64,000 nucleotides of DNA from assembly GCA_012295275.1 (NCBI GenBank), contig CM022670.1, positions 22,754,001 to 22,818,000 on the forward strand, written 5' to 3'. This document shows, piece after piece, positions 11,741-26,489 of the stretch (positions are counted from its first letter, which is position 1; each line of letters starts with the position of its first letter). The position numbers and the translations under genes are program-made. The notes under the pieces were generated by a model that saw nothing but the letters and a program-made list of their open reading frames with translations, was not told the origin of the DNA and made no database searches. The DNA comes from Chrysomallon squamiferum (taxonomy: Eukaryota; Animalia; Mollusca).

Positions 11741-14700
11741 AATACATGTATGAACCTTCAATGTGAACATGCTCATTAAAACATCTTGCAGTACAAAACT
11801 TAATAATGTAATTGAATAATAAAAACAATTTGTTTTCAATTTCATTTATTCTCCATAATGAAAGTTTTGACAAAATTCTGCATTTAAAAACATCTGTTGT
11901 AATTAATTACATCTGCAGTTTCAATTTTTAAATATTTATGTTCAGTATAGTAAAATGTTATAAATAACAGAATATAATCAAGTGAATATAAAATTACTCT
12001 GTTCACATATTCTTTTAAAAGGTACATTGCATAAAATATTACTAAGATGATTTTTTTTTTAATGATAACATATTCTACAATAGAGGAGTAAAAAAAAACA
12101 TTAAAATGTACCTCATAAAGACTGAGAAAAATTGTTTAAAACTAATTATTAACAAAAAACAACAAGTTGATATTTTGATATATATTTATTGGCCCCGTTT
12201 TTAGCAAAGTACTAACACTACCATAAAGTACTGTGTAGCCACAAATTAATCAGTTATGCAAATACATTTTGACCAATAACATAAAAAGGTAGTTTGAATT
12301 CAAAATTATTTTGCACAGAAATTATTCATCTTTGCATGGAGAATTCCAAGAAACATATTAATTAGGAAATTCCATGATTCTTATAACAAATATTATGTTT
12401 TTGATACATATGCATCTCACATTTTCTATATAAAAATATATAGAATTTAATTATAGTGTCACTATGAAAAAATAATGTACATGATCGATAAATAAAAAAC
12501 CCCAAAATAAACAAATTTACCACATCTCAGGCTTCTTCACATCATTTTTAGATAATCAAACATCTCATTTTAAACTCTACCAAAAAGAACATGTTTCATA
12601 TGGGACCTCAGTTTTAGTTTTAACAAAAAAAACAAAAATTTAAAAAAAAAAACAAAAAAAAACAAACATTTGAAACAAAAACTAAACAGAATTGTATTAA
12701 ATATAATTTTTGTTTTTTAATGATTATTATTTTTTTCATTACCAGTAAACTTCAGGGTTTTTTTAAATGGTGGGATAGGGGTTTGGCTGAATGCAAACAC
12801 AGAACAGATCCTCAATAATAATGAAAAATAATAAAAATATTTGGCAACAGTATGGCTTTAGCACATGGTTAGCAATTAAAGATTTTCTGGCTAAACAAAA
12901 TTAGACTGAAAATCACTTTATCACTGTGTTTCTATTTAGTTGACAGGTAATGTTACATTTATGATAGAATGCCATTCTTTAATAAATACATTAGAAATAA
13001 ATGTATTTTTTAACTTAAAAAAATAACTATATATAGTAAGTCACTCTGCCGTCCCCTAATTCTAAACTGTATGTTGTCAAATGCTAAAATTAATTAATTA
13101 ATTTATTTAAATTTTAGCAAAATTTTAAATTTTGAAACATACATGCAACAGTAAGTGAAATAATGATAATGCTAAATAAAATAAAGGAAACTTCAAATGC
13201 ATTCTTCATCATATAATTTATAAAACACATTTTTGTAATATGTATCTCACATCAATAAGGCCAATTTAAAATAACTTCAGATTGATTTAGCATCAAGAAT
13301 GTTGATTTAGAAACTTCTTCCTGAGCAAGATGAGGTAATATATAACTTATCATCTGAGATTCAATATTTGTCAAGTAAGATACCAAAAGATACTTACTGA
13401 AACAGTAGTCAATAAAACTTAAAACTGAAATAAGAACTATATCAATGGAAAGCTGATAACTGAAAAAGTCAACAATGTATTATTAGGAAGTTTTTCACTT
13501 ACAGAACAATAAAGATATGATTACTGTATTTTTATTTATCTTTGAATATTTTTATTTATTTAATAACAATTTTCCTTTCACCAATAATCAACACATTAAA
13601 ACAAAAAGTAATAATAAAAAACAGAATAATAAAAAAACCCACAAAAGCCCATATGAATTTTAACATATAAATAAAATCCTACAAAATCCTAAATCCGGCA
13701 GTAATACTAATATGAACAAACAAAAATTAAAAAATTAAACATTTAATGCAACAAAGAAATACATGAATTAATAAAACTGATTTATCTTTCTCAACATAAT
13801 CATATTTGCGACTGGATTTATTTCAGCATAAAAAAACAACAAAAATGTGGGTTACACAAACAATATTACTAATCAGCATTTACTTATAGTAACTTATAAG
13901 CAAGTCCAATGTGGATATAAAATAAATCATTTCTGGTGTAACAAAGATTCAGCAAAATCTCCTGCAGACTAACCAAACTAAAATCTGTAAATTCTACACA
14001 TGAAAACATCTACATACCCACAAAGGTAAATATAATCAGCTCATTTAAAATATATTACAGCAGAAATCCATGTTTCCTAACATCTGAACAAATTGGCAAC
14101 TGAATTAAAATGAAAAAAAAATAAATAAAAACAATTGTAAGCTATACAGATCTCGATTTCATGTAAGCTAAGAAAAATTTACAAAACAAAAATATGCTTT
14201 AACACAGATCATAACATTTCAGTAATGACATTTGCTACATTTTCAAGGGACATAAAGGCGTCTTCAAGGCAAACAGCAATCAAAACACCAAATTAACAGC
14301 AAGAAATGTTTACCAGATCATTCCAGATCCCACACAAAACATTAAGTACGACCTGTCGTCAGTAAAATCTACATCAAATGGTACAAGATTCAACAGTATC
14401 AAGTGAACAGCATTTTCAGGCATATGGTGAAGTTTCTTCTTCAAACAATAATAAAAACAAATCAATAAAAAAAAAAAATATAAATTAATAATAATAATAA
14501 TAATAATTCCAGAATAAAACAGAATAGAAATTAATCAAAGATATGGCTGGTTGTTTTTGAGATCAACACTCTGATTTACATAAGAATAGATTTAATAAAT
14601 AAATAAAATATTGAAAATTTAATTTTAGGGAAAAAACTTCATGTTCATATGCAAAATATAATATTAAATATGCATTGACTATAATACAATAAACATGCAT

Positions 14701-15953
14701 AAGCAATAAATATTCTGAAAAAAAAAGACAGATGTCTAAATACAATAAGCTGTAAAATACTTATTCTGACATTTTTAATGGCCACCATTCAAAATAAAGA
14801 TATACCAATGAAGATAATTTAATCCACTGTTTGCAAATAGCATACTAATGATATGTTTGCAACAGTATTAATAAAAACATGTATGATACTAAGTTTAAAA
14901 AATAAATAAATCAATAAATAAAAAAATATTACAATAATACTGTTTATAATAAATGTTTTATTAAAATAAATAAAGGGTTAAAAAAAAAAAAAAAAACCTT
15001 GTATAAAAAATTCTAACAGTTTCTAATCAATTTCCAAGCACATCTCAGTAGCACAGACTGACAACAAGTGAACTTGAACCTATAATAATACTATGTTTTG
15101 GCATTTTAATGTTTGTTGAAACTATAAATTCTCCTATACCTACAGAATAAGCTTTTTTTTTTAAACTTCTTTTAAGCTGTCAAGTTTAAAGTACAACATA
15201 AAGAAAATAATAATTGAAAGATTGAACATAGAATCCTGAGTGTATGTTACAGAAGCATGGCTAAAGCAATTGTCAAAAAATAATTTTTGTACACATACAA
15301 AGATAAAATAAAATTGTCAAAGCAAGCACTGGTCTATTGTAAGTGTTCTTATTCTGCACAGTAAAATAACTGCAGTCTTATAGATAAATGATAAATATAC
15401 ACAGTGACACATTGTTGAATAATTATTCATAGATACTTTAGCATCAGATTCAGCAACAAATAAAAAAACAAAAGAACACTAAGCTCCATTTATAATGCAA
15501 AGCAAAATAAATTATTGCACAAAGAACATAAAATGCAGTACTGTAAAAGATAAAGGTTTTCTAAACAAAAAATAAAAAAAAATAACAAGACTATAGTTGT
15601 TAAGCATAGATTATTTGTACGTTCATTTGTTTTATAAACTGATAAAATGAAATAAATTCATGAAAATATTGCATCTAAGATGAATATTATAATACACAAA
15701 TGCAGTCCCCCCCCCAACAGGAATGATCAATGATGAAATCATAGCACAGTTTACAGTATATTTTATTATTGAAACCTATATTAATTATTGCCAGTAATGT
15801 AATTATATAAGCAAGATTACAATAATTTATAATATAGAATAAATGCATTTCAAAATAATCATGTCCATGAATTAGAAAAAATTTCTAAACACAAACATAA
15901 TTTTTAAAATAAAAAAAAGGAAACTACTTTTTTTGTGCTCATCTCTGTAACTT

Positions 15954-16158
15954 GATACCCACATTTGTATTTTTTTTTATTTGTAGGTGCCTATGTATTC
16001 AGAGATATGTATCAGTGTATTTCAAGTATTTCATAAACTGAATAATAACAACAACAAAATATATATTAAGAATGCCCGATACCTACATTTGTATTTTTGT
16101 ATTTGTAGGTGCCTATGTATCAATGTATTGCAAGTACTTCATAAACTAAATAATAACA
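15954..16158. repeat. Imperfect direct repeat, ~80-95 bp unit, 2 copies (15954-16050 and 16078-16158)
   Basis: 'gatacc(c/t)acatttgtatttt...tttgtaggtgcctatgtat...ttcataaact(g/a)aataataaca' occurs twice. Confidence 0.85.
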
Positions 16159-16969
16159 GAAAATAAAAATAAATGCAAAATGGCAGTCAGACTATAATAT
16201 GAGACAAAAAGAAAGAAACTGATTTGTGTTAAGAAAATGAACATAAGTCGTTAGTTAGCTTTTGTAAATGGCATGAAAGAAGAATGAAACCTAAACCCCC
16301 CACATATCACAGCTGATTGTCAAACTTCATAAAGCTGTTCAATTGTGAAAATACATATTAAACAGTGCAAATGTGAAGAAAAAAAATTAAATTATTAAAA
16401 TTTCTATTTATTATTCTAGAATTTATGTTGATGAATTCACTCTCTGGATAAGAAATATTACTTTTTTTCATCCACACATAGCATCTGAAGTTAGACTACT
16501 AATACCAAATCACAGTCGAGAAACAAAACAAAAAGTGTGGATTAACTTTAAGGCCACCTGTTTCTTTTTTATCAATAAATGTTCCTGAAAGAAATATGGC
16601 TGATACAATGTAGTATCAGAGCACCAAATAAAGCTGAATGTCTCTTAACCCTTGAATGAAACACACAGCTATAACTAATTTCTGACTGGAACAAACAACC
16701 ACAATTAATTTTCGAATTCTTAGACAAATAAATCAAATGCTTTGTTTTTATGTGGAAGACCACAAATTTCTTATGGAAGCAGTTATTTCCTTCATAAAAC
16801 TATAGAATAAATGTCTGTAAAGAGATAGAAGCTTGTTTTATGTATTTCAATATTTATCATCAATTTAGGTCAGAAGAACAAAGTTTTATTTCCTTAAATA
16901 TTTCCATAATTCATTTATAAAAAGAATATTTAACCCCTCCCAACTCACTAATAAACAAAAATTAATCAG

Positions 16970-17228
16970 AAACATTATTAAATTCAGATTAAATGTGTGA
17001 GAGGTATATTACATTGCTCTAATCAGAAAATGCCCAAAACATTATTAAATTTATATTAAATGTGTGAGAGGTATATTACATTGATCTAATCAGAAATAGC
17101 CCAAAACATTATTAAATTTATATTAAATGTGTGAGAGGTATATTACATTGATCTAATCAGAAAATGCCCAAAACATTATTAAATTTATATTAAATGTGTG
17201 AGAGGTATTTTACATTGATCTAATCAGA
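16970..17228. repeat. Minisatellite, 67-bp unit, ~3.9 copies
   Basis: Unit 'aaacattattaaatttatattaaatgtgtgagaggtatattacattgatctaatcagaaaatgccca' starts at 16970, 17037, 17104 and 17171. Confidence 0.95.
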
Positions 17229-17780
17229 GGAAGAACAAAACAATGTTTTAATCTCAGGCTGTATAACCAACCAACTTTACCCTTTACACAAGTGGATGTA
17301 AAACAAGTAGGACTGAATTTGTGGTTATCCTCAAAGTTGAGTTAAAAGACCTAGCAGAATACAGGTGTTAATTTATCTTAAATATTTTTTAATTTGATGT
17401 AATAATGTTTGAGAGAAGTTTTATTTTTTACTTTTTTTCTATTATCAGTACATTTATCATTTAATATTATTTATTTATCTCATATTAAAATATTTTTAAT
17501 AACTGAAACAGCTTAGTTAAAGGAATTTGTTCAGTAAGTATAATAAATCTTTTTTTTTATCGGTTGGCACTATTGTTTTAACATGTTATTCGTATTTCAC
17601 TGAAGTAATTTTGATGGAATGTTACAAATACTGTACTGCAAGTACCATAATGACCCCAGTGTAATTGGTTTTTGCAAATACCATAAAGCATCAGTGACTG
17701 AACTAATGGATAACACAGCTTCGTGTCATTTTGTGGATGGATTAAAATTTTCTGGTCCCTTCATATCAGTAAGTCGACGG

Positions 17781-20700
17781 TTATTCTAAGTTGAGATCTG
17801 TTCCAAAGTATCGATCACCAAAGTTACCTGCAAGCAAACACAATGAATTAAACACAACAAATGAATTAATAAACATATACCATTATTAAAATAATCAGTT
17901 ACTTCAAATATTTTTTCAGCATTGTTAATTCAATTTGATTTTTTTTTTAATGGAGACTGTATTTTTGTTTCTTAATTACTGTTTATTTACCATCTGTTCA
18001 GGCACTTATTACCCAAGATTAACAATGTGAATCACTTTGTAGAAATTACAAACCTATGCCTGGCATTATGTGGAATTTATCATTGACTTCACTGTCCACA
18101 GCAGTGGTTACAATCTTCACTTTAGGAAAGGCATAGGCTACAGAGTACACACCTGGAAATACAATTTTAATTAATCAGTAGTAGCATGAACTTCAAATAT
18201 AGTTTATGGGATTTGTCATTAAAAAAAAATAATAATAATCTTTGTATTAAATAAAAATACTGACTGTAACATAGATTTTCACAATAATACAGAATATAAA
18301 ATTTTACTTAATTTTGATTTAAATAAAAATACTAACTGTAATATAGTTTTACAATAATATAGAATACAGAATCTTACTTAATTTTTATTTAAACAAAAAT
18401 TCTAACTATAATATAGAGTTTTACAATAATAATGAATACAAAGGTAATGATCTTTTCCCAACAAAAAGATACACAAAATTTATGAACATTTTGCAACAAA
18501 AAAGAACATAAAAGTTATGACAATTTTACCTGATTTTGCCATTAACAAGGAACACAGGGTAATATTTTCCTCAGGGACATCATGGTCTAGCAACACACGG
18601 ATTGCCATCATTGCCGCTGCCCCAGTTGCTACTGTTGCATCCATCAGCATGATGTAATGGTCTTTGATATCTTTCGGAAGTCTCAAATAATGCAGCTGAA
18701 ATTGGAACATCATATCTCTTTAAAAATCAAAATTGTATTATTATTTTAAATATAAAAACGTTTAATAATACACCTTTAAAAAAAATCTATAATTTGTTTA
18801 TTTTTTTTTCTTAAATAAATTTAAAAAATATAAAAAAATAAACAATAAATTTCTGTTGTACCTCTGGTTCACCTGTGTCGAAATTTGTCTGGATTAAGAT
18901 CTTGCCTATATTCACCTCTTTGTAAACCTCACACAATGCTTGTTCCATCGTTTCACCAGCTCGCAAGATGGAAACTCCTGACAACTGTTAACAGAGTGTT
19001 AGTTACTTTAAGTTTCATCAATGAATCAAGTGTAAAATTTAACACCACATCAAAAAAAAAAAAAAAAAAAAGAAACAGTAAAAACTTGTGACAATAAAAT
19101 AATTAGAATAAAAAGTTACCATTTAAATTGTTTACTTTTTCAGGTCAATTTTTCAGATTTTTGGCAAAAAGAGGTGCATGTATATAGGTAATAAAATAAT
19201 AATGAATAACATTACTTCTATAGCCATAATTAAAGGAAATTTTTGTTGTAAAACTTCATTTGCTCTTTTTAATCACATACACGTTTTTGAGAAAAGTATG
19301 AAAAATATTTGTGCTAGAGATTCCAAAGTTTGAACATACATATTTAGAAACAAACACTACAAAATGACAGAAATCAAGGAAAAATTAACTATTCTTTTCA
19401 TATAACCTTTCTTTAACATTTCTTATGTTTCAAAATATGAATGAAAAATACATTTATGTAAATAAAGACTAATTTTTTTCTGTTATTTTCTCGAGACATG
19501 TTTTTGATGAACCCCTGCAGTTTGACTGTTATATATATATATAAAACAAAACAAAAGGGGATTATTTCCACCAACTGTCAGTTCTGTAATATAAAACAAT
19601 TAAAGATTTTTTTTTTGTCACAAGTGTCCTCTTAAAAAGAAAAAGAAGTTTTTAAAAAATGTAGTTACCTTAACTGCAGCAAGTCTTTTCCCTACATATG
19701 GAGGGTTGTGCCCTGTTTCCAATTTAACAGTCTGCAATTAAAAACACAGTTTTTTTTATAATTATAATCACTGCCAATTTTTATTTGTAAAGAAACAGTT
19801 TAAAAGCAATGGTAATTTCTCATATTTACAGTTTTTAAAATAGATCTTATTCATGCTGTCAAACTTAGTAAAAGGAAGTAATTAATTATACTAAATGAAA
19901 GTTCTGTACCCTAATTTAATCAGTTTGTTTCCCCTCCCAGAAAACATTCAATTTAGCTGCAATGGTTGGAACAAGAACAATAAATAAAAAAAATAGGAGA
20001 AATTATTAAAAATTCCTAGCAATACAACCGTAACGCTAATGCTTTGCATTATTATGATAATTTATAAGATTTATTTAATAAAAACATTTTGCAAACCTTG
20101 AATGGAAGCAAAGATCTGGCTAATTCAAAGAGCAGACGCATCAGTCTTTTGGAATAGAAGATGAATTCATCACGAGGGGTATCTTTGTTTCTACAAATAT
20201 AAAATTGTACATTTTTGTTATTAACCAGTTGTAGAGCATTATAGTCTTGCAGAATACATACTTAAAATTTACCTATGGTCAGTGTGGACTTATTTAATCT
20301 AAGGGTAGGAAATGTTTCCTTTTTTTTTAGGTGTACATGTTAAATATGAACTAGATATGAGCTGTGAATACAGTTTAATTTTAAAATAAAAATTTTTCCC
20401 CTATTGTATTTATTTAGTTCTGTGTTTTGAATTTGGTACATTTTCCCAAATTTTGCACACAGTAAACCCTAATCAGCAAAGCTTTTGCAAATCTATTCAT
20501 GATTATTATTCTTATTCCAACCAATGCTTTGTAAATCTGTCAAATAAAAGTAAATTATATAAATAAGACTTAAAATTCAGATAAAGGCAATACAAAATTT
20601 AAAAATAATAATTTAAAAAATGAATTATTACCTGATAAATGTATGCAGTCCTTGAACTTGAGAAGTACACTCCAAAACATACAGACTGTTAGGCATTGGT

Positions 20701-23700
20701 TCCCCATTCATAGCCACTTGAGCCAGTTTAGATCGAAGTTTGAAACCTCTCTGAAATTAGGTAAAAACATTTAAAAAATGTATTCAGGATGATGGAATGA
20801 TTTATAACCAAAAATATATACCATGGCTATTAATGTATAAATCATGAGAAAACAAGAGAGAGAGAGAGAGATAGAGAGAGAGAAAGAAAAAAAAAAATGT
20901 TTTAAGGAGGACTGATCTTAATTAATAATATATCAGAAGAACTATTGTTTTCAGGGATGAAACCTTCCCAAAACTTAATAATGAAAATTGTTCTATTTTT
21001 ATTTGCTTTACATTTTAACCTTACATACCTTGAGCAGCTGTGTGTGAACATGGCGTACTATCAAGTCAATGGCCACATCATTTTCTCCTCCTGAAATATT
21101 AGATTATTTTACTTACTTTGCTTAAATAATGTCAAAGACTGCAAACATCCAGTAAAGAAACAGAATAGTTTGCAGTGAGTAACTTTAAACAGTAACTAGG
21201 TATCTAGTAAACACTGAATATTTATTAGACTGAAATGTTATCCGATTCCAAACTTTCTTTCTTGACAGATGTTAATTCATGCTAAACATGGAGCTATCAC
21301 TAATGCAAATTTTAGCCAAATATTGATAGCGTGTTGGCAAATGGCTGTTTTCAGGACACAACAATTTCCACATTTTTTAAATAGGATGGGGATAAAACAA
21401 AGTTAACAGAAAAATAATTTATTAAAACATGAAAAAGGTTCACTGTGTTCTAAAACTAACAAGACAACTGATGGAAATTACTATTCAGAACCTGACATTT
21501 TTTTAATTTAATATTTTGAATTATTTATTGTGTCTTCAAAATACACCTAAGCTGTAAATGATGCTTCAATGATAAATGGAAGCTGGTCACGATACATCTT
21601 TGTTGGAATCATTTTGAAGTTACCTCTTGGAACAATAATATCAGCAGAGGACATTGTTGGTTCAATATAGTGTTCAAAAGCTGGCTTCACAAATTTGTTG
21701 TACTGTTTCAAGACACCAGCAAGGCCACGACCTCGGTCAGATATATCTCTCATTAAACGCCTAGCCAGTCGTATGTCTGAATCAGTGTCCACAAACACTT
21801 TTATGTCCATCAACTATAAAAAAGAAAAGAAAAGAAACTCCAGCAATGTATAAAAATGTTTATAAAATGTCAATTCATTACCACAATAAATGTTTAAATT
21901 TGCACATATTTTTCAAAATAGTATCTTTTATAAACAGAAAAGACCTTTTATTTCAAGGAGGAGAAATAAATAAATAAAAAGAATAAAATGTAAAATGAAA
22001 TTATTAAATAGAAATTTGTATTTTCGTTGTGATTTAACAATAATATGGATATAATCTGTTTATTCTTTGTACACATTTAATAACTGAAACTTACTTGCAA
22101 TAGTTCTTTGCTCACAAAACTCATAATGCCTTCAAAAATTACAACATTGGCACCATATATTGTTTTCTGAAAAATATTTTAAATATATAATAATGCACAG
22201 AGGGATGAAACTAATCAGTTTCTGGAGAAAAATAAATTCAATAATTTTATAAATTTTCAAATCTTTTATTTTATTTTGTAAAGATTCAGAAATATAAATT
22301 TTTTAAAACAAATAAATAAAACATTTTCAAATCTACTGTTCAAATTACTCAAGAATAATGTTGTTTAGCTTAATCTGTTGAAAGAAATAAACAACAAATT
22401 AGAACCAACCATATGAGATTCTCTGGCATGTGTAGAAAAGTTGTATATTGGAACTTCGACATTCTTCCCTTCTCTCAAACGGGAAAGTGTTTCAACAAGA
22501 AGATCAAAGTCAAAAGCTTCTGGGTGGTCAAAGTTGTATTCGTTGATAGCTGCTAACTCATGCTGTTCTTGATTAAGCACCTTAAAAAATAAATAAATAA
22601 ATAAAAAAATTAAAATTTTACTATACAGGTACAAAAGATTACAAAATGGAGATACTTTTAAATAATTACAAATTTAAAATAACCATATAAATCTTCTAAA
22701 AATATCCAGCTATTTCTAAACATACACTATTCTCCACAAAAAAAGAAGAAAAAAAGTTATAAATGATTAAACTATTTAATTGTTACTTCATGTATCTGGT
22801 AACCATTAAACAAGTATGTATCTTATACAGAGATGAAGAAGATCAAATGATACCTTATAAAATGAATCCATGCTGAGAAGACTGACCCAGGGAACATCAA
22901 GAGCTTCGATGATCTTGCGCGCTACTGTCGTTTTACCAGATGCACTGCCTCCACATATACCTGCATTTGCCACAAACATCTGTGTAATTTAACTACAATC
23001 CAACTAATGAATGTGAACATAACATTAACAAACCCACTATACACACTGTACACAAACATAAATAAATTTAACTTATTTACTGATATATCAGATTGTACAG
23101 GGAATATAACTGAACATTGTTCACACTGCTCCCAAACTTCTTCCTGGTACTGAAGAAAGTTATAATATTTTTCTTACTTTTTCAGCCTTTCCTGTAAAAG
23201 AAATAAAAATAGGTCAAACCCGCTTATTTTATCTTTTGGCCTTAACAAATTTTTTAAATTTTAAAACATTTAAAAGTTTTAAATTTATTTTCTTTTCATG
23301 ATAATTCTGGAACCTAAAGCGGGTTACTGGATTTGATTATCAAATAGGAAAGTTTTTTAAATTTAAAGGCAAAAAGGCATTTTTTTTTAAAAACCAATGA
23401 GAAACCACTTCTATTTATGAAATAAAAAAATACATTTTGCAGACTGATAAATGGGCTTTGATTTGATATAAATAAGTTATGGCCTTAAGATAGGAATTTT
23501 TTTTTAATATACTGATAACTTAATGAGATCTGATACAAAGCTAATTGGCCTTTTTCTTTTGTTTGTGTACATGCCTGAAGTTGAATATTTAGAAACTACA
23601 AACTTGAAAATTAACAAACAAAAAAAAAGATATACTGGAGACCAGTTTTGTTATGATTATTAATTTTCTTTCTTCTTCTTATTATTATTATTTTTTTAAA

Positions 23701-24991
23701 TGTTGCATTTATAACATATTTCTTCTAGGAAAAAACAAAATAAATATTATATAAAAATTTTGATAAGAGATTCATTTTATTATTTAAATAACTGAAGGAA
23801 AAAAAATAATAAGAGACATTCCTTCAAAATAAAAACTGCCAAAATGTTACTTTGTTTACCATATAAAGTACAAAACTGTTTGTAAATAAGAATTTCAGTG
23901 GTTTTTTTTTTTTTTTTTTTTTTTTAAATGTAAACAGCTACACAAACCGATCACAAAAGCTTTGTTCATCTGTCCCATTGAGTTGTACCATGGAGGTCTT
24001 CCAGCAGTATACAAGGTACGTGTTGCTGTGTGTACAACCCGTGCTTTAGATTTGGAAGATGAACCTGCAGGTGGTCTTCCTTTTTTCTTTGTGGGATGTT
24101 TTGTCGGGCTCTTTGGAGGCTTAACAGGAGATAAAGGTATATTACTGTTTCCATTTGGAGTGCCAGGGCAAAATACTTCTGCCACATCTTCTCCTTCTCC
24201 ACTTCCACTAAAATGATTAATAAATAAATTAAGTCAAAAGCAGTTAAATGTGGTGGGGGAATTATTTAATAATTATGGAACATGTTAAAGTAATTAATAT
24301 ATATTAGAAATATACTATAGGCTTCCAAGTCTGAGAATGTTCGTTACAAAATATACAGCTAGGTCTTTTTTCCAATTTCTTTTAGTGGTTTGTATATTCC
24401 ATCATATGGTAGTTCACACATAGAGCAGTATAATATACTTTGAGACCAGAATGAAATTTCTATATTCAGTATGGGTTTGTATTTCAGTCTTCAACAAAAT
24501 AAGATAGCATGTTTAAATATTTCAATCCACTGCTTTCTGAACATGATTAAAAGGCATTTTCCATTAATTAATATTAAATGTTTCCTAGAGAGTACTAAGC
24601 TTGAGGAAATATATCAGTTTATGTCCACTCCTTGTTTTAGTTGTTAGCAGGCTTTATTCAACAGTTTGTCATATTTTTTTGCTTTACTCCCACTGCAGTA
24701 TATATATATATATATATACAACATTTGCTTTGTCAGACTTGTTTATTTAAAAAAAATAATAACAAGAACACATTTTTCAACATCAACACATGCAGAAAAG
24801 TTCTTTGTAACTAAAATAACTCTACTGAGCAGTGCTGATATATTTTTGGAAAAATACACAGAATTTTACTTTCTCTGTTTAAGTTGATTTTTGTTTATAA
24901 AATGAAATAAATAAAATGCAATATATTATACAGGCCTAATTAAAATATGTACTTGTCCAAAAGTAGATTGGTATTATCCACTAGATGTTAA

Positions 24992-25037
<46 letters not shown>

Positions 25038-25710
25038 TGTAAATAAATAAATTCCCCCCAAATAAAACAAAATATTATGTTAAATTTTTTCAGACCTAAA
25101 CTGCACGATCACCATGGCTATTTTATGGTTATGTATTTCAAGTAGTTGAAATACCTGGCCGAACTGTTTGTTGATGAAAAGTATTAGTAAAGTGATGGTG
25201 GTGAGGAAAACTGATATTCCATTTACTCAATACTATAAAAAGCAAACAACATTAGAATCTATGGGTTTCGTTTATTGTTGTTTTTTCCCAATATCTTGTT
25301 TGACGTAGGCAAATTCTTTATTTTATTTTCCCTATTTTTTAGAGACAAAATATAAATAATTTAATGAATTTTCTGTATGATTATGAATTAGAATACACAG
25401 TAATGTAGTTATTCTTTCCAACGAAAACTGCTATTAAGAGGGATGATTAACTTCACTTCGAATATTTTTTTAAAATGCTAATCAGATGAGTCAATGACTG
25501 GTCTAGGTCTGATGTAACAAAGCACGTTTCCAATATTTCCTGCATCCTGACTACAGTTTAAAAAGAAACAGACGTCCAAACAATACGTTATTAAAGAAAC
25601 TATTTTACAATAAAAACATTTTACTTTCAAAAAGACATTTTCTGTGATTACCTATCAGATGCTGAACTGGCGACACTTCGTGTTTCAAACTTAAAAATTG
25701 CCTCCGACAT
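17781..25710 (-). CDS. UCKL1: Uridine-cytidine kinase-like 1 (uridine kinase plus UPRTase-like domains), 14 coding exons, ~543 aa
   Basis: Exons in transcript order: 25652-25710, 23948-24207, 22854-22960, 22410-22580, 22095-22166, 21624-21813, 21029-21090, 20632-20750, 20097-20190, 19669-19731, 18862-18984, 18530-18695, 18054-18152, 17781-17827. Phases consistent (1632 nt). Motifs: [12 protein letters not shown]-loop [74 protein letters not shown]. Confidence 0.97.
18247..18440. repeat. Degenerate ~70-bp tandem repeat, ~2.7 copies, in UCKL1 intron 12
   Basis: 'ttaaa(t/c)aaaaat(a/t)ct(g/a)act(g/a)taa...acaataat' recurs at ~18247, 18319 and 18389. Confidence 0.85.
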
Positions 25711-26489
25711 ATTTTTTGTTCTAACATCGCGCACTAAACCGACGATAACCGAGAAATACCGACCATTTCTAGTATTACTGGATTCACTCAATAAAATAAT
25801 CGAGAGTAGAAAGTATATAAACTTTCTTTAGACAGTTATTCATATCATCGCAGTATTCTTTTATATCTTTATTACACTACTGCTTGCTATAACACTTTTG
25901 TATTATCACAATAATATTTTAATGACACAAGTTTGTATTTTAAATTTTAACACGAAGAACTACTGCTAACTGATAAAACTGATAAAACTGATGAAGCGGC
26001 CGTAAAATGATGACAGTTATAAATAAATAAATAAATACATTTATTTCACATCTGTCATTTGTACATATGTTCATGCATATTTATATTAATTATATTGGCT
26101 GTTAAAGTAAATGTATGACCACTTTCAGTTGTCTTAATTTCTGTTGTTTTAAAAATCAAAAATTAAATGTCTTCATCTGAAGATCAGTAGGACCGCGCCA
26201 GTGTTGTTAAATAGAGTAGTTTAGATTAAGTTCGAAGCTTTTAACGTGATAAATTTATGTAATATTCAATGGAAATAAAGTAATAACTTTTGTAATAAAA
26301 TTATTATATCAACGCCTTTCAGTATTTAAGGATACATGATGTAAAACAAATTTATAGGTCACGTGCGACCACATCATGGCTAAGTTATCAATTACAGGTA
26401 CCGAACCATTTCTTGGATTTCGGGATATATATTTATCTTTACTTCTGATATAAAATAAACAATAAACGATAAAGACTGGTACTCTATTG

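Noticed and set aside
16970-17228. Regular repeats suggestive of a CRISPR array
   Set aside because: Head-to-tail 67-bp units with no unique spacers, no cas genes, and a eukaryotic context.
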